The notes under the pieces: generated by a model
What the model was told of the DNA's origin: nothing
What the model saw: the letters and a program-made list of their open reading frames with translations, nothing else
Database searches by the model: none
Shown: piece by piece, positions 54,291 to 64,000 of the stretch
Layout: every line of letters starts with the position of its first letter
Position numbering within the stretch: the first letter of the stretch is position 1
DNA from: Alphaproteobacteria bacterium
GTDB taxonomy: Bacteria > Pseudomonadota > Alphaproteobacteria > Bin95
Reading direction: 5' to 3'
NCBI GenBank assembly: GCA_964291285.2
Contig: OZ219785.1
Coordinates: 640,001 to 704,000 of the forward strand
Length of the DNA: 64,000 nucleotides
Translations under genes and position numbers: made by a program

Positions 54291-54419
54291 TTCATTAGAT
54301 TTTTTTCAGTTCCGCAGAAATCGGAAGGACCGGCCTCCTGCCCCGGCCCGCTTCTCACCGTTCCTGGTCCGGCTCCGGCCCGTCGCGGCTTCCCCGTGTC
54401 GAGCGCCTGCCACCCGCTG

Positions 54420-55409
54420 TCAGAAGAATTGTTCCAGAACCCGGTCCGGCGGGCGGTGGCCGTCCGTGAAGGCCTTGATGTTGACGATCACCCGCTCGCC
54501 CATTTCCAGCCGGCCCTCCAGCGTGGCCGAGCCCATGTGCGGCAGCAGCACCACATTGTCGAGCTCGCGCAGCTTCGGGTCGATGGCCGGCTCGCGCTCG
54601 AACACGTCGAGCGCGGCGCCGGCGAGCCTGCCGGCGAGCAGGGCTTCCAGAAGCGCCGGCTCGTCGATCACCTCGCCGCGCGAGGTGTTGACGATGTAGG
54701 CATGCGGCTTCATCAGCGCGAGCCGCCGGCGCGACAGCAGGTGGTAGGTCGCAGGCGTGTGCGGGCAGTTGACCGACACGATGTCCATGCGCGCCAGCAT
54801 CTGGTCGAGGCTCTCCCAGTAGGTCGCCTCCAGTTCGGCCTCGATGTCGGGGTCGGCGCGACGGCGGTTGTGGTAGTGGATCGAAATGCCGAAGCCCCGC
54901 GCGCGCCGGGCCACCGCCGCCCCGATCCGGCCCATGCCGACAATGCCGAGCCGCTTGCCGTAAATCCGGTGGCCGAGCAGCGCCGTCGGCGCCCAGCCGA
55001 GCCAGCCGCCGGTCCGCACCAGGCGCTCGCCCTCGATGAGCCGGCGCGAGACCGAGAGAATGAGGGCCATGGTCATGTCCGCCGTGTCGCCCGTGAGCAC
55101 GCCGGGCGTGTTGGTGACCATGATGCCCCGCTCATGCGCGGCCGCGAGGTCGATATGGTCCACGCCCGCGCCGAAGCTCGCCAGCAGTTTGAGCCCGGGG
55201 CCGGCGGCCTCCAGGCACTCCGCGTCGATGCGGTCGGTCACGGTCGGCACCAGCACGTCCGCCCGGCCCATGGCCTCGAGCAGTTCGGAACGGTCCCATT
55301 GCCGGTCGCCGTCGTTCAGCTCGGTGCGGAACAACTCCATCATGCGCGTCTCCACCGCGTCGGGGAGCTTGCGCGTGACGATGACGAGCGGTTTGGGCGC
55401 GGTGGGCAT
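54420..55409 (-). CDS. D-2-hydroxyacid dehydrogenase (glyoxylate reductase-like)
   Basis: GMGRIG, NTSRG, DVFERE and PHMGSAT motifs. Confidence 0.93.
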   Translation of the reverse strand: MPTAPKPLVIVTRKLPDAVETRMMELFRTELNDGDRQWDRSELLEAMGRADVLVPTVTDRIDAECLEAAGPGLKLLASFGAGVDHIDLAAAHERGIMVTNTPGVLTGDTADMTMALILSVSRRLIEGERLVRTGGWLGWAPTALLGHRIYGKRLGIVGMGRIGAAVARRARGFGISIHYHNRRRADPDIEAELEATYWESLDQMLARMDIVSVNCPHTPATYHLLSRRRLALMKPHAYIVNTSRGEVIDEPALLEALLAGRLAGAALDVFEREPAIDPKLRELDNVVLLPHMGSATLEGRLEMGERVIVNIKAFTDGHRPPDRVLEQFF

Positions 55410-55537
55410 GGACCCGGCGCCTATGGGTTGTTCGCGCAGGACGGCAAGGCGCCGCAGCCGGCAATGAAAGAGACAGGAACGGTTCCGTCCATAGCGGAAA
55501 CGCTCTAGCAAGCCGCGCGGGAGGAGTCCACCGGCCG

Positions 55538-56356
55538 TCACCCGGCGCGGGCGAGGAAGTCCCCATAGATGCGGTTGAACGCCTCGGCCCGGTCCCAATT
55601 GGGGAAGTGGCCGGCGCCCTCGATCACCGCCATTTCCGCGCCCCGGATTTCGTCCCGGTAGAGCGCCATCCGGTCCGGCGGAGTCGGCACATCGTGCTCT
55701 CCGGCGACGACCAGCGCGGGCGTCTCGATGCCGCCGAGCCGTCCATCGTAATCCATGCCGCCGATCGCCTCGCCCGAATGCACATAGCCTGCAAGCGGGT
55801 TGGCGGAGGCAATCTCCAGCAGGCGGGCATGGCTCGCCGGATTTTCCCGGCGCCACGCCTCGGTCGTGTAGCGGGCCATGATTTCTTCGGCAGCCGGCGC
55901 CATGGTGTCCCCGAGCGCGGCCAGGCGGGCGGCCGTCCGCCGGAGCCGCTCGCTGTTGGCGGCCGGCAGCACGCCCTGGGTCGCGAGGAAGGTGACGCTG
56001 GCAAGGCGCGGGGCGTGTTCCAGCGCGAGCGCGAAGCCGACCATGCCGCCGAGCGAGGAGCCGAGATAATGCGCCCGGTCGATGCCCTCCGCGTCCAGCA
56101 GGGCGACGACATCGAGCGCAAGGTCTTCCATCGCATAGGATGCGGGGCTGACAGGGCTATCGCCGTGGCCCCTGAAATCCAGCGCGATCACGCGATAGCG
56201 GCCCGCGAACGCCTCGACCTGCGGCGCATACTGGGCGCGCGAGAGGATTTGCGCATGGCCGAAGAGGAGCGCCGGCGCGCCCGCATCGCCGTGGACCTCA
56301 TAGACGGTTTGCGCCCCGTCCCGCTCCACCGTTCCGATTCGGCCCGTCGCCATCAC
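55538..56356 (-). CDS. Alpha/beta hydrolase (PcaD-like)
   Basis: DFRGHG, GSSLGG and GH motifs. Confidence 0.88.
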   Translation of the reverse strand: MMATGRIGTVERDGAQTVYEVHGDAGAPALLFGHAQILSRAQYAPQVEAFAGRYRVIALDFRGHGDSPVSPASYAMEDLALDVVALLDAEGIDRAHYLGSSLGGMVGFALALEHAPRLASVTFLATQGVLPAANSERLRRTAARLAALGDTMAPAAEEIMARYTTEAWRRENPASHARLLEIASANPLAGYVHSGEAIGGMDYDGRLGGIETPALVVAGEHDVPTPPDRMALYRDEIRGAEMAVIEGAGHFPNWDRAEAFNRIYGDFLARAG

Positions 56357-57138
56357 GCCCTCTCCCTTTTGCGCCGCGCCGCCCGTTCCTCGAAGAAGGC
56401 GGCGGCGACGCGCTGCGGTTCGCCGTCGCTGTAGGCGGCATGCTGGTAGCGCATTGCGGCCTGCACGGTCTCGTCATACTCGGTCTGCGTGCGCTCCAGC
56501 AGGCGGCGCTTGGTCAGCCGGACGGCGAGCGGCGGCAGGGCGGCGAGTTCCCCGGCAAGTTCCATCGCGCGCGGCATCACGCGCTCCGGCGGCACGATCT
56601 CGTTGACCATGCCCCAGGCGAGGCAGGTTTCGGCATCCAGTAACCGGCCGGTGAGCGACAGTTCCACCGCGCGGGCATGGCCGACGACACGCTCGATGAT
56701 GAAGGGGCCGACCGTGCTCGGAATGCCGGCGCGCACCTCGGGCTGGCCCATGCGCACGCCCGGATGCGCGATGCGGATGTCGGCGTGGAGCGCCGTTTGC
56801 AGGCCGAAGCCGGCGGCGAGCCCGTTCAGCGCCACGACAACCGGCTTCTCCAGCGCGCGCACGGACTGGTAGAGCGCGCCCAGATGCAGGAAATGCTCCT
56901 GCACGGTCTTCTCGTCGAAACCTGCCGAATCGTTCAGGTCCTGCCCCGCCGAGAAGGCGCGCTCGCCCGCCCCGGTCAGCACGACCGCGCGCACCGCCCC
57001 GTCGCCGTTCAGCCCGTCCAGCACGCGCGGCAGCAGGTCCCGCATTTCGATGTTGAGCGCATTCAGCGCCTCGGGGCGGTTCAGGGTCACGACGGCAATG
57101 GCGCCTTCGCGGCGCTCCAGAACGGGCGATTGGGTCAT
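56353..57138 (-). CDS. Enoyl-CoA hydratase/isomerase family
   Basis: NRPEALNAL, FSAGQDL and PEV..G motifs. Confidence 0.9.
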   Translation of the reverse strand: MTQSPVLERREGAIAVVTLNRPEALNALNIEMRDLLPRVLDGLNGDGAVRAVVLTGAGERAFSAGQDLNDSAGFDEKTVQEHFLHLGALYQSVRALEKPVVVALNGLAAGFGLQTALHADIRIAHPGVRMGQPEVRAGIPSTVGPFIIERVVGHARAVELSLTGRLLDAETCLAWGMVNEIVPPERVMPRAMELAGELAALPPLAVRLTKRRLLERTQTEYDETVQAAMRYQHAAYSDGEPQRVAAAFFEERAARRKRERA

Positions 57139-57156
57139 GGGCGGTGTTGTCCTCGC

Positions 57157-59349
57157 TCAGGCGGGCTCGACGAAGCTGTCGATCAGGGTCTTGTCGCCGG
57201 AGGTCTCGAAGGCGACGGTGAGTTTCTCCCGGTCGACGGCCCGCACGGCTCCATAGCCGAACTTCTGGTGAAAGACGCGCTGGCCGACCTCGAATTGTCC
57301 GATGCGGGGCGCGCGCGGTTTCACCTCCCACGCCGGGGCGTCGATCACACGCCCGCCGCCGCCCGCGCCGTAGCGCCAGGCAGGGGCCTCGCCGAAACCG
57401 GTATCGGCCTGCCGCTCCACATGCTCGTCCGGCAACTCGTCGATGAAACGCGAGGGGAGCGGGCTGAGCCACCGCCCCATGACCATGCGGCTCATGGCGG
57501 AGGAGATCGTGACATGGCGGCGTGCGCGGGTGATGCCGACATAGGCGAGGCGGCGTTCCTCCTCCAGTCCGGCAAGCCCGTTCTCGGCGAGCGCGCGCTG
57601 GTGGGGGAACAGGCCCTCCTCCCAGCCCGGCAGGAACACGATGTCGAATTCGAGCCCCTTGGCGCCGTGGAGCGTCATCAGGGAGACGCTTTCCGCCTCG
57701 CTGCCGCCTTCGGCCTCCATCACCAGGGCGACATGCTCCAGAAACTCCTCAAGGGTGTCGAACCGGGCGATCTGCTGAACGAGTTCGCCCAGATTCTCCA
57801 GCCGGCCGGGGGCGTCGAGCCCCTTGTCCTTCCGCCACATCTCCCGGTAGCCGCTCTCGTCGAGAATCGCGTCGGCAAGGTCTGCATGGGGCTCGCTGCC
57901 GAGCCGGGCGCGCCAGTCGTCGATGGCGCGGCAGAAGCCGGCAAGCGCGTTGCGGGCCCGGGCCTTCAATTCCTCCGTCTCGACCAGCCGGCGCGCCGCC
58001 TGGCCGAGCGGAATCCGCTCGGCCCGGGCGAGGCGGTGCACCGGTTGCAGGGTCGCGTCGCCGATGCCGCGTTTCGGCAGGTTGACGATGCGCTCGAAGG
58101 CAAGGTCATCCTCGGGGAACAGGACGGCGCGCAGATAGGCGATGGCATCCCTCACCTCGCGCCGCTCGTAGAAGCGCGGGCCGCCGATGACCCGGTAATT
58201 CAGCCCGAGCGCGACGAAGCGCTCCTCGAAAGCGCGCATCTGGAATGAGGCCCGCACGAGAACCGCCATCTGCCCGAGGCTGATTCCCGACCGTTGCAGC
58301 GTCTCGATCTCCCCGCCTACCAGCCGCGCCTCCGCCTCGCCGTCCGGGACGACATGCACGGTGATCGGCCGCGAGTCCTCGCGGTCGGTCCAGAGCGTCT
58401 TGCCGAGGCGGCCGCGATTGTTGGCGATCAGCCCGGAGGCCGCGCCCAGAATATCGCCGGTCGAGCGGTAGTTCTGCTCCAGCCGGACGATCCTGGCGCC
58501 TTCGAAGTCATTCTCGAAGCGCAGGATGTTGCCGACTTCGGCTCCGCGCCATCCGTAGATCGACTGGTCGTCGTCGCCGACGCAGCAGATGTTGCGGCGG
58601 CGCTGGGCGAGCAGGCGGAGCCAGAGATACTGGGCGATATTGGTGTCCTGGTATTCGTCCACCAGTATGTAGCGGAACCGCTCCTGATATTCCGCCAGCA
58701 CCTCCGCATCGCGCTGGAAGATGGTCAGGTTGTGGAGCAGCAGGTCGCCGAAATCGACGGCGTTGAGGCCGGCAAGCCGCTCCTGGTAGGCCTCGTAAAG
58801 CGCGGGCGCGCGGCCGTTGGCGAAGTTTCCCGCCTCGTGGGCCGGCACCTGGTCCGGGCGCCACCCCTTGTCCTTCCAGCGCTGGACGATGGTCGAAAGC
58901 TGGCGCGCCGGCCAGTGCTTCGCATCCACATTCGCGTCCGCCAGCACCTGTTTGAGGAGCCGCTCCTGGTCGTCCGGGTCCAGGATCGAGAAGGAGGGCC
59001 TGAGGCCCGCCAGCTCGGGATGCCGGCGCAATATGCGCAGGCCAAGCGCGTGGAAGGTGCCGAGCCAGAGGCCGGCGCTCATCCCGCCGATCAGCGCCTC
59101 CACCCGCTCGCGCATTTCGTTCGCCGCCCGGTTGGTGAAGGTGACGGCCAGAATCTGGCTGGGCCAGGCGCGCTTCATCGCCAGCAGCAGTGCCAGCCTC
59201 GCGGTCAGCACCCGCGTCTTGCCGGTGCCCGCGCCGGAGAGCACCAGCAACGGCCCCTCCAGCGTCTCGACCGCCTCGCGCTGCGGGGGGTTCAGCCCGG
59301 CGAGCCAGGGGGCGTCGGCGGCAGGCGCGGCGGGCAGGGCGTCGTCCAT
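57157..59349 (-). CDS. uvrD: UvrD/PcrA SF1 helicase
   Basis: GAGTGKT, DEYQD, GDDDQSIY, QNYRS and EERRLAYV motifs. Confidence 0.95.
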   Translation of the reverse strand: MDDALPAAPAADAPWLAGLNPPQREAVETLEGPLLVLSGAGTGKTRVLTARLALLLAMKRAWPSQILAVTFTNRAANEMRERVEALIGGMSAGLWLGTFHALGLRILRRHPELAGLRPSFSILDPDDQERLLKQVLADANVDAKHWPARQLSTIVQRWKDKGWRPDQVPAHEAGNFANGRAPALYEAYQERLAGLNAVDFGDLLLHNLTIFQRDAEVLAEYQERFRYILVDEYQDTNIAQYLWLRLLAQRRRNICCVGDDDQSIYGWRGAEVGNILRFENDFEGARIVRLEQNYRSTGDILGAASGLIANNRGRLGKTLWTDREDSRPITVHVVPDGEAEARLVGGEIETLQRSGISLGQMAVLVRASFQMRAFEERFVALGLNYRVIGGPRFYERREVRDAIAYLRAVLFPEDDLAFERIVNLPKRGIGDATLQPVHRLARAERIPLGQAARRLVETEELKARARNALAGFCRAIDDWRARLGSEPHADLADAILDESGYREMWRKDKGLDAPGRLENLGELVQQIARFDTLEEFLEHVALVMEAEGGSEAESVSLMTLHGAKGLEFDIVFLPGWEEGLFPHQRALAENGLAGLEEERRLAYVGITRARRHVTISSAMSRMVMGRWLSPLPSRFIDELPDEHVERQADTGFGEAPAWRYGAGGGGRVIDAPAWEVKPRAPRIGQFEVGQRVFHQKFGYGAVRAVDREKLTVAFETSGDKTLIDSFVEPA

Positions 59350-59371
59350 GCGGTCAGGCTATCACGATTCT

Positions 59372-60253
59372 TCAGGCCGCCTCCGCCTCCGCGAGGAAGC
59401 CGCGCACGAGGCCGAGGAAATGCTCCAGCCGGTCGTGATGCACCCAGTGGCCGGCGCCGGCGACATCGACGAAGCGGGCATTGCGGAAATGGGCGGCGCG
59501 GCCGTCCTCCTCCGGGTCGCCGACCCAGCTTTCCAGGCCGCGCACCAGCAGGGTGGGGCAGGCGATCCGCGACCAGAGCCGGAAGCTCTCCTCGGGATAG
59601 ATGCCGACCGGGCGGTCGGCGCGGCTGTAATTGTCGAACTTCCAGCTGTAGGTGCCGTCCTCGTTCTGGTTGGCGCCGTGGACGGTGAGGTGCCGGGCCT
59701 GGGCCTCGGTCAGGCGGGGATTGGCCTCCTGCATCCGCCGGTATGCGTCTTCGAGCGAGTCGTAGCGGCGCGGCAGCCGGCCGGACAGGCCGCGCTGGGT
59801 GTCGATCCACTCCCTGAGCCGGTCGTCGATGGTCCGGGCCCTGCGCGCCTCGATCTGCGCGGGCGAGGCCCCGAGCCCCTCGATGGCGACGAGCGCCTTC
59901 ACGGTCTCCGGATAGACGCCCGCATAGTGGAGCGCGATGGAGCCGCCGAGGGAGTGGCCGATCACGGTGACCGGGGCGAGCCGCTTCTGGTGGACGAGCT
60001 GCGCGATGTCATAGACATAGTCCGCCATCGCATAGGCGCCGCCGACGAACCAGGCGCTGTCGCCGTGGCCCCGGAGGTCCGGGGCGACGATGCGGTAGTC
60101 CTCCCGGAGCGCCTCCGCCACCCAGTCCCAGTTGCGGCAATGGTCCCGCCCGCCGTGGATCAGCAGCAGCGGCGGCGCGTCCGGATTGCCCCAGTCGACA
60201 TAGTGCAGGCGCAGGCGCTGCGAGAAGTAGGAATGGCTCTCAGGACCCTGCAT
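59372..60253 (-). CDS. Alpha/beta hydrolase
   Basis: HGG, GHSLGG and GHWVHHD motifs. Confidence 0.9.
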   Translation of the reverse strand: MQGPESHSYFSQRLRLHYVDWGNPDAPPLLLIHGGRDHCRNWDWVAEALREDYRIVAPDLRGHGDSAWFVGGAYAMADYVYDIAQLVHQKRLAPVTVIGHSLGGSIALHYAGVYPETVKALVAIEGLGASPAQIEARRARTIDDRLREWIDTQRGLSGRLPRRYDSLEDAYRRMQEANPRLTEAQARHLTVHGANQNEDGTYSWKFDNYSRADRPVGIYPEESFRLWSRIACPTLLVRGLESWVGDPEEDGRAAHFRNARFVDVAGAGHWVHHDRLEHFLGLVRGFLAEAEAA

Positions 60254-60356
60254 GGGCGGCCTCCCCGGAAACGTGGCGGACGGACGGCGGTGCTTCCCCT
60301 CCGGAACGCGGCCGTGCGACTATAAGCGGACCCGCAAGACCGAGGAATGCGCGTCC

Positions 60357-60665
60357 ATGCTGACCGTCTATGGCCTGAAGAGCTGCGATGCCTGCCGCAA
60401 GGCGCGGAAGGCGCTGGCCGGCCGCGAACACCGCTTCCACGACCTGCGCGAGGACGGGCTGGACGGCGCGATGCTGGACCGCTGGATCGGCGCGGTCGGC
60501 TGGGAGGCGCTGCTCAACCGGCGCAGCACGACCTGGCGGGCGCTCGACGAGGCCGAGAAGGCGGGGCTCGACGCCGGCCGGGCCAGGCGCCTGATGCTCG
60601 CGCATCCGGCCCTGGTGAAGCGCCCGGTGATCGACGACGGCGGAAGGGTGACGGTCGGCCTCTGA
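60357..60665 (+). CDS. ArsC/Spx (YffB-like) family protein
   Basis: CDACRKA, LLNRRSTTWR and KRPV motifs. Confidence 0.88.
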   Translation: MLTVYGLKSCDACRKARKALAGREHRFHDLREDGLDGAMLDRWIGAVGWEALLNRRSTTWRALDEAEKAGLDAGRARRLMLAHPALVKRPVIDDGGRVTVGL

Positions 60666-60666
60666 C

Positions 60667-61428
60667 CTATTCCCTGTTGCCGAACAGGCTCAGCAGCAGC
60701 AGGAACATGTTGATGAAGCTCAGATAGAGCATCAGCGCGTCCATCACCGACTTCTTGGCCATCACGGCGGCGTCGTAGCCGTGATAGTACTCGCTCTTGA
60801 TGCGCTGGGTGTCGTAGGCGGTGAAGCCGGCGAACACCAGAACGCCGATCACCGACACGGCGAAGTGGAGCGCGCTCGAGGCGAGGAAGATATTGACCAG
60901 CGAGGCGATGATGACGCCGATCAGCCCCATCACCAGGAAGGAGCGCATGCCGGAGAGGTCGCGCTTCGTCGTGTAGCCGTAGAGGCTGAGGCCGGCGAAA
61001 GCGGCCGCGGTGATGAAGAACACGCGCGCGATGCTGGTGCCGGTATATTGCAGGAAGATCGAACTGATGCTCGCGCCCATGAGCGCGCAGAACACCCAGA
61101 ACAGCCCCTGCGTCGCGGGCGTGCTCAGGCGGTGGACGCCGAAGCTCAGCACGAGGATGAAGGCGAGCGGCGAGAGCATCAGCACCCATTTGAGCGGCGA
61201 GAGGTAGATCGCCTGCCCGAAGGTCGTCAGCACCATCTGGCCGCCGGGCGTCTGCGCCACCGCCATGGTGAACACCAGATAGGCGACGATGCCCGTGAGC
61301 AGCACGCCCGAGGCCATGTAGTTGTAGATGCCGAGCATGTGCTTCCGCAGGCCGGCATCGAGCTCCGCCGTGCGGGTCGTGCTGCGGCCGGCGGCGCGCG
61401 CCGTCGTCCTCAGATTGTCGAAGGCCAT
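60667..61428 (-). CDS. Bax inhibitor-1/YccA membrane protein
   Basis: About 7 TM segments, TKRDLS, YDTQ and LYL.FIN.F motifs. Confidence 0.92.
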   Translation of the reverse strand: MAFDNLRTTARAAGRSTTRTAELDAGLRKHMLGIYNYMASGVLLTGIVAYLVFTMAVAQTPGGQMVLTTFGQAIYLSPLKWVLMLSPLAFILVLSFGVHRLSTPATQGLFWVFCALMGASISSIFLQYTGTSIARVFFITAAAFAGLSLYGYTTKRDLSGMRSFLVMGLIGVIIASLVNIFLASSALHFAVSVIGVLVFAGFTAYDTQRIKSEYYHGYDAAVMAKKSVMDALMLYLSFINMFLLLLSLFGNRE

Positions 61429-61520
61429 TTGCGGTCTCCGTTAGCGTTGTCGGTACCAGTCGCCAATATCGGCGCTGCGCCCGCCCGGTTCAAGCCCCGG
61501 CGGCAAGCCGTCGGCCGCCC

Positions 61521-61856
61521 TCACACATGGAAGCTTTCGCCGCAGCCGCAGGTGCCCTTGGCGTTGGGGTTCTCGAAGGTGAAGCCGGATTCGAAGATGC
61601 CTTCGCGGTAGTCCATCACCGATCCGATGAGGAACATGACCGCGGTCGGGTCGATCAGCACGGTCACGCCGTTCGACTCGATGGCCTCTTCGTAGGGCTT
61701 GCGCTCCTTCGCGTATTCGACGGAGTAGGAGAGGCCGGAGCAGCCACGCGTGCGCACGCCGACGCGCAAGCCGACCGCCGGCTCTTCGGAGAGCGACATG
61801 AGGTGGCGCACCCGCTCGGCGGCGGCGTCCGTCATCCGGATCATCGGCTCTGGCAT
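61521..61856 (-). CDS. A-type Fe-S carrier (SufA/IscA)
   Basis: GCSG and CGCGESF motifs. Confidence 0.93.
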   Translation of the reverse strand: MPEPMIRMTDAAAERVRHLMSLSEEPAVGLRVGVRTRGCSGLSYSVEYAKERKPYEEAIESNGVTVLIDPTAVMFLIGSVMDYREGIFESGFTFENPNAKGTCGCGESFHV

Positions 61857-61872
61857 AAGCGCCTCCTTCTCC

Positions 61873-62271
61873 TCACCACATGTCGAGCGCGAGGCGGGCC
61901 TCCTCGCTCATGCGCTCCATCGTCCATGCCGGCTCCCACACCAGCCGGACCTCGACCTCGCCGACGCCCTGCACGCCCGCCACGGCGTCGGCCACCATGC
62001 CCGGCATCTCGCCGGCGACCGGGCAGCCGGGCGCGGTCAGGCTCATCTCGACGCGCACCGAGCCGTCCTCGGCCTGCTCCAGATCGTAAATGAGGCCGAG
62101 TTCGTAAATGTCCACCGGAATCTCGGGATCGTACACGGTCTTGAGCGCCGCGATCAGGTTGGCGTGCGGCGCAATCGGCGAGCCCGGCTCCAACGGCGTC
62201 CCCGCCTCGGCGCGGAACTCCTGCAGCGGCTCGCCGCCCATCCACTGTTCGAAGGGCATCGTCCCTTCCAT
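61873..62271 (-). CDS. sufT: DUF59 SUF assembly protein
   Basis: DPEIPV.IYELGLIY and TAPGCP motifs. Confidence 0.9.
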   Translation of the reverse strand: MEGTMPFEQWMGGEPLQEFRAEAGTPLEPGSPIAPHANLIAALKTVYDPEIPVDIYELGLIYDLEQAEDGSVRVEMSLTAPGCPVAGEMPGMVADAVAGVQGVGEVEVRLVWEPAWTMERMSEEARLALDMW

Positions 62272-62292
62272 CGTTCTCCGTCCCGTCCCCGC

Positions 62293-62760
62293 CTATTCCG
62301 TTGTCGCCGTCGCCTTGCCGTCGAGCGCGGCCGCGAAAGTATGCCACGGCAAGGTCGCGCATTTTACCCGCATCGGGAACTGGCGCACACCCGCCATGAC
62401 CAGGAGCCTGTCCAACTCCTCCTCGAACTCCTCCGGCACGTCCAGCGGATCGAACGCCTCGTCCGTGCAGACGGCGTGGAACAGGTCGAACAGCCGCCGC
62501 GCCTCCGCCTCGCTGCGCCCCTTCAGCAGCTCGGTCATCATCGAGGCGGACGCGGTCGTGATTGCGCAGCCGCGGCCCTGGAAAGCCACGTCGCCGACCT
62601 CGCCCGCCCCGTTCAGCTTGACATAGACATGCACCCGGTCGCCGCAGAGCGGGTTGTCGCCCCGCGCCTCGCCGTCGGCGTCCTCGATGCGGCGGAAATT
62701 GCGCGGGTTGCGGCCGTGGTCGAGGATCACCTCCTGGTAAAGCTCGCGCAGCTCGTTCAT
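62293..62760 (-). CDS. sufU: SUF sulfur-transfer protein
   Basis: LYQEVILDH, NPLCGD, GCA and RVKCA motifs. Confidence 0.93.
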   Translation of the reverse strand: MNELRELYQEVILDHGRNPRNFRRIEDADGEARGDNPLCGDRVHVYVKLNGAGEVGDVAFQGRGCAITTASASMMTELLKGRSEAEARRLFDLFHAVCTDEAFDPLDVPEEFEEELDRLLVMAGVRQFPMRVKCATLPWHTFAAALDGKATATTE

Positions 62761-64000
62761 CGCCCGAAGATCTCCGCGACCTCGTCCAGCGCCTCGACCA
62801 GCCGGTCCACCTCGTTCTTCATGTTGTAGAGCCCGAAGGAGGCCCTGGCCGTCGCGCCGACATCGAAGCGCTCCATCACCGGGAAGGCGCAGTGATGGCC
62901 GGCGCGCACCGCCACGCCCGCCCGGTCGATGATGGTGCCGATGTCGTGGGGATGGGCCTGGTCCATGGTGAAGGAGACGATGGCGCCCCGCTCGCGCGCA
63001 TGGCCGACGATCCGCACGCCCGGCACGGCGGCCAGGCGCTCGCGGGCATATTCGGCGACATCCGTTTCGTGCGCCAGGATCGCGTCGCGCCCGACGGCCT
63101 CGATATAGTCGAGCGCCGCGCCCAGCCCCACCGCCTCGACGATGGCGGGCGTGCCGGCCTCGAATTTGTGCGGCGCTGCCTTGAAGGTGCTCTTCTCGAA
63201 GGTGACGTGCGCGATCATCTCGCCGCCGCCCTGGTAGGGCGGCATGGCGTCGAGCAGCGCCTTCCGGCCCCAGAGCGCGCCGATGCCGGTCGGCCCGTAG
63301 GTCTTGTGCCCGGAGAAGCAGTAGAAATCGACGCCGAGCTCCTGCACGTCGACGGCCATGTGCGGCGCGGCCTGGCAGCCGTCCACCATGAACAGCGCGC
63401 CCTTCTCATGCGCCATCCGCGCCATCTGGCGGATCGGCAGCACGGTGCCGATGGAGTTGGAGACATGGGTGACCGAGACGAGCTTCGCCCGGCCGTCGCC
63501 CAGCAGCGCGGCATAGGCGTCGAGATCGACCTCGCCCGCATCGTCCACGGGAATGACCGCGAGCTCGGCCCCCGTCTCGTCGCGCAGAAATTGCCAGGGC
63601 ACGATGTTGGAATGGTGCTCCAGCGTTGAGATCACGATCCGGTCGCCCGGCCCGATATTCGCCCGGCCCCATGTGGCGGCGACGAGGTTGAGGGCTTCCG
63701 TGGCGCCCCGCGTCCAGACGATTTCGTCGGCTTCCGGCGCATTGATGAAGCGCGCCACGGTCTCCCTCGCCGCCTCGAACTGGTCCGTGCAGGCCTGGGA
63801 GAGGAAATGGACGCCGCGATGGACGTTGGAGTAGGTCTCCTCCATCACCTCCGTCATGGCGCGGATGACCTGGCGCGGCTTCTGGGCGCTCGCGCCCGTG
63901 TCCAGATAGACCAGCGGCTTGCCGAACACCTCGCGCGCGAGGATCGGGAAGTCCCGGCGGATCGCCAGCACATCGTAATTCGGCCTGAGGGTCGGGGTGC
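62757..64000 (-). CDS. sufS: Cysteine desulfurase (start probably at or beyond window edge)
   Basis: YLD.GAS.QKP, NVHRG, SGHK and RAGHHCA motifs. Confidence 0.95.
   Translation of the reverse strand, partial: TPTLRPNYDVLAIRRDFPILAREVFGKPLVYLDTGASAQKPRQVIRAMTEVMEETYSNVHRGVHFLSQACTDQFEAARETVARFINAPEADEIVWTRGATEALNLVAATWGRANIGPGDRIVISTLEHHSNIVPWQFLRDETGAELAVIPVDDAGEVDLDAYAALLGDGRAKLVSVTHVSNSIGTVLPIRQMARMAHEKGALFMVDGCQAAPHMAVDVQELGVDFYCFSGHKTYGPTGIGALWGRKALLDAMPPYQGGGEMIAHVTFEKSTFKAAPHKFEAGTPAIVEAVGLGAALDYIEAVGRDAILAHETDVAEYARERLAAVPGVRIVGHARERGAIVSFTMDQAHPHDIGTIIDRAGVAVRAGHHCAFPVMERFDVGATARASFGLYNMKNEVDRLVEALDEVAEIFGR

Noticed and set aside
49137-54400. Integrase-type island or prophage at the tRNAs
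   Set aside because: No integrase, no duplicated tRNA 3' end and no phage genes seen at either tRNA

Overview
GC-rich bacterial chromosome segment, most likely alphaproteobacterial (inferred from the hrcA/grpE-rph-rdgB-hemW and dnaN-recF-gyrB layouts, trmFO, and sufS-sufU-sufT-sufA). Housekeeping and catabolic blocks (TauD, PhyH, LLM monooxygenase, catabolic reductive dehalogenase, thiolase/DUF35) are interspersed with 8 IS copies from 7 families (IS110, IS21, IS1380, IS701 x2, IS5, IS3, IS1634) and two tRNAs. Main results: (1) An IS621-like IS110 element whose CT core, donor junction (ACAGTCG-CT-TGTAT) and bridge-RNA guide segments can be read directly from the sequence. (2) It sits inside a roughly 450-550 bp dispersed element that I do not recognise, present three times. 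This element has a promoter, a GC-rich structured leader, an RBS, a small ORF and 10-bp-phased CATGACA arrays, and each copy is hit by a different IS. (3) An IS21 transposon carrying Zn-finger and TOPRIM-like passenger genes. (4) A GIY-YIG remnant coupled to a DGQHR gene. (5) An orphan Csx19-like gene beside tRNA-Ile2. Family calls are by motif recognition only; no database searches were run.
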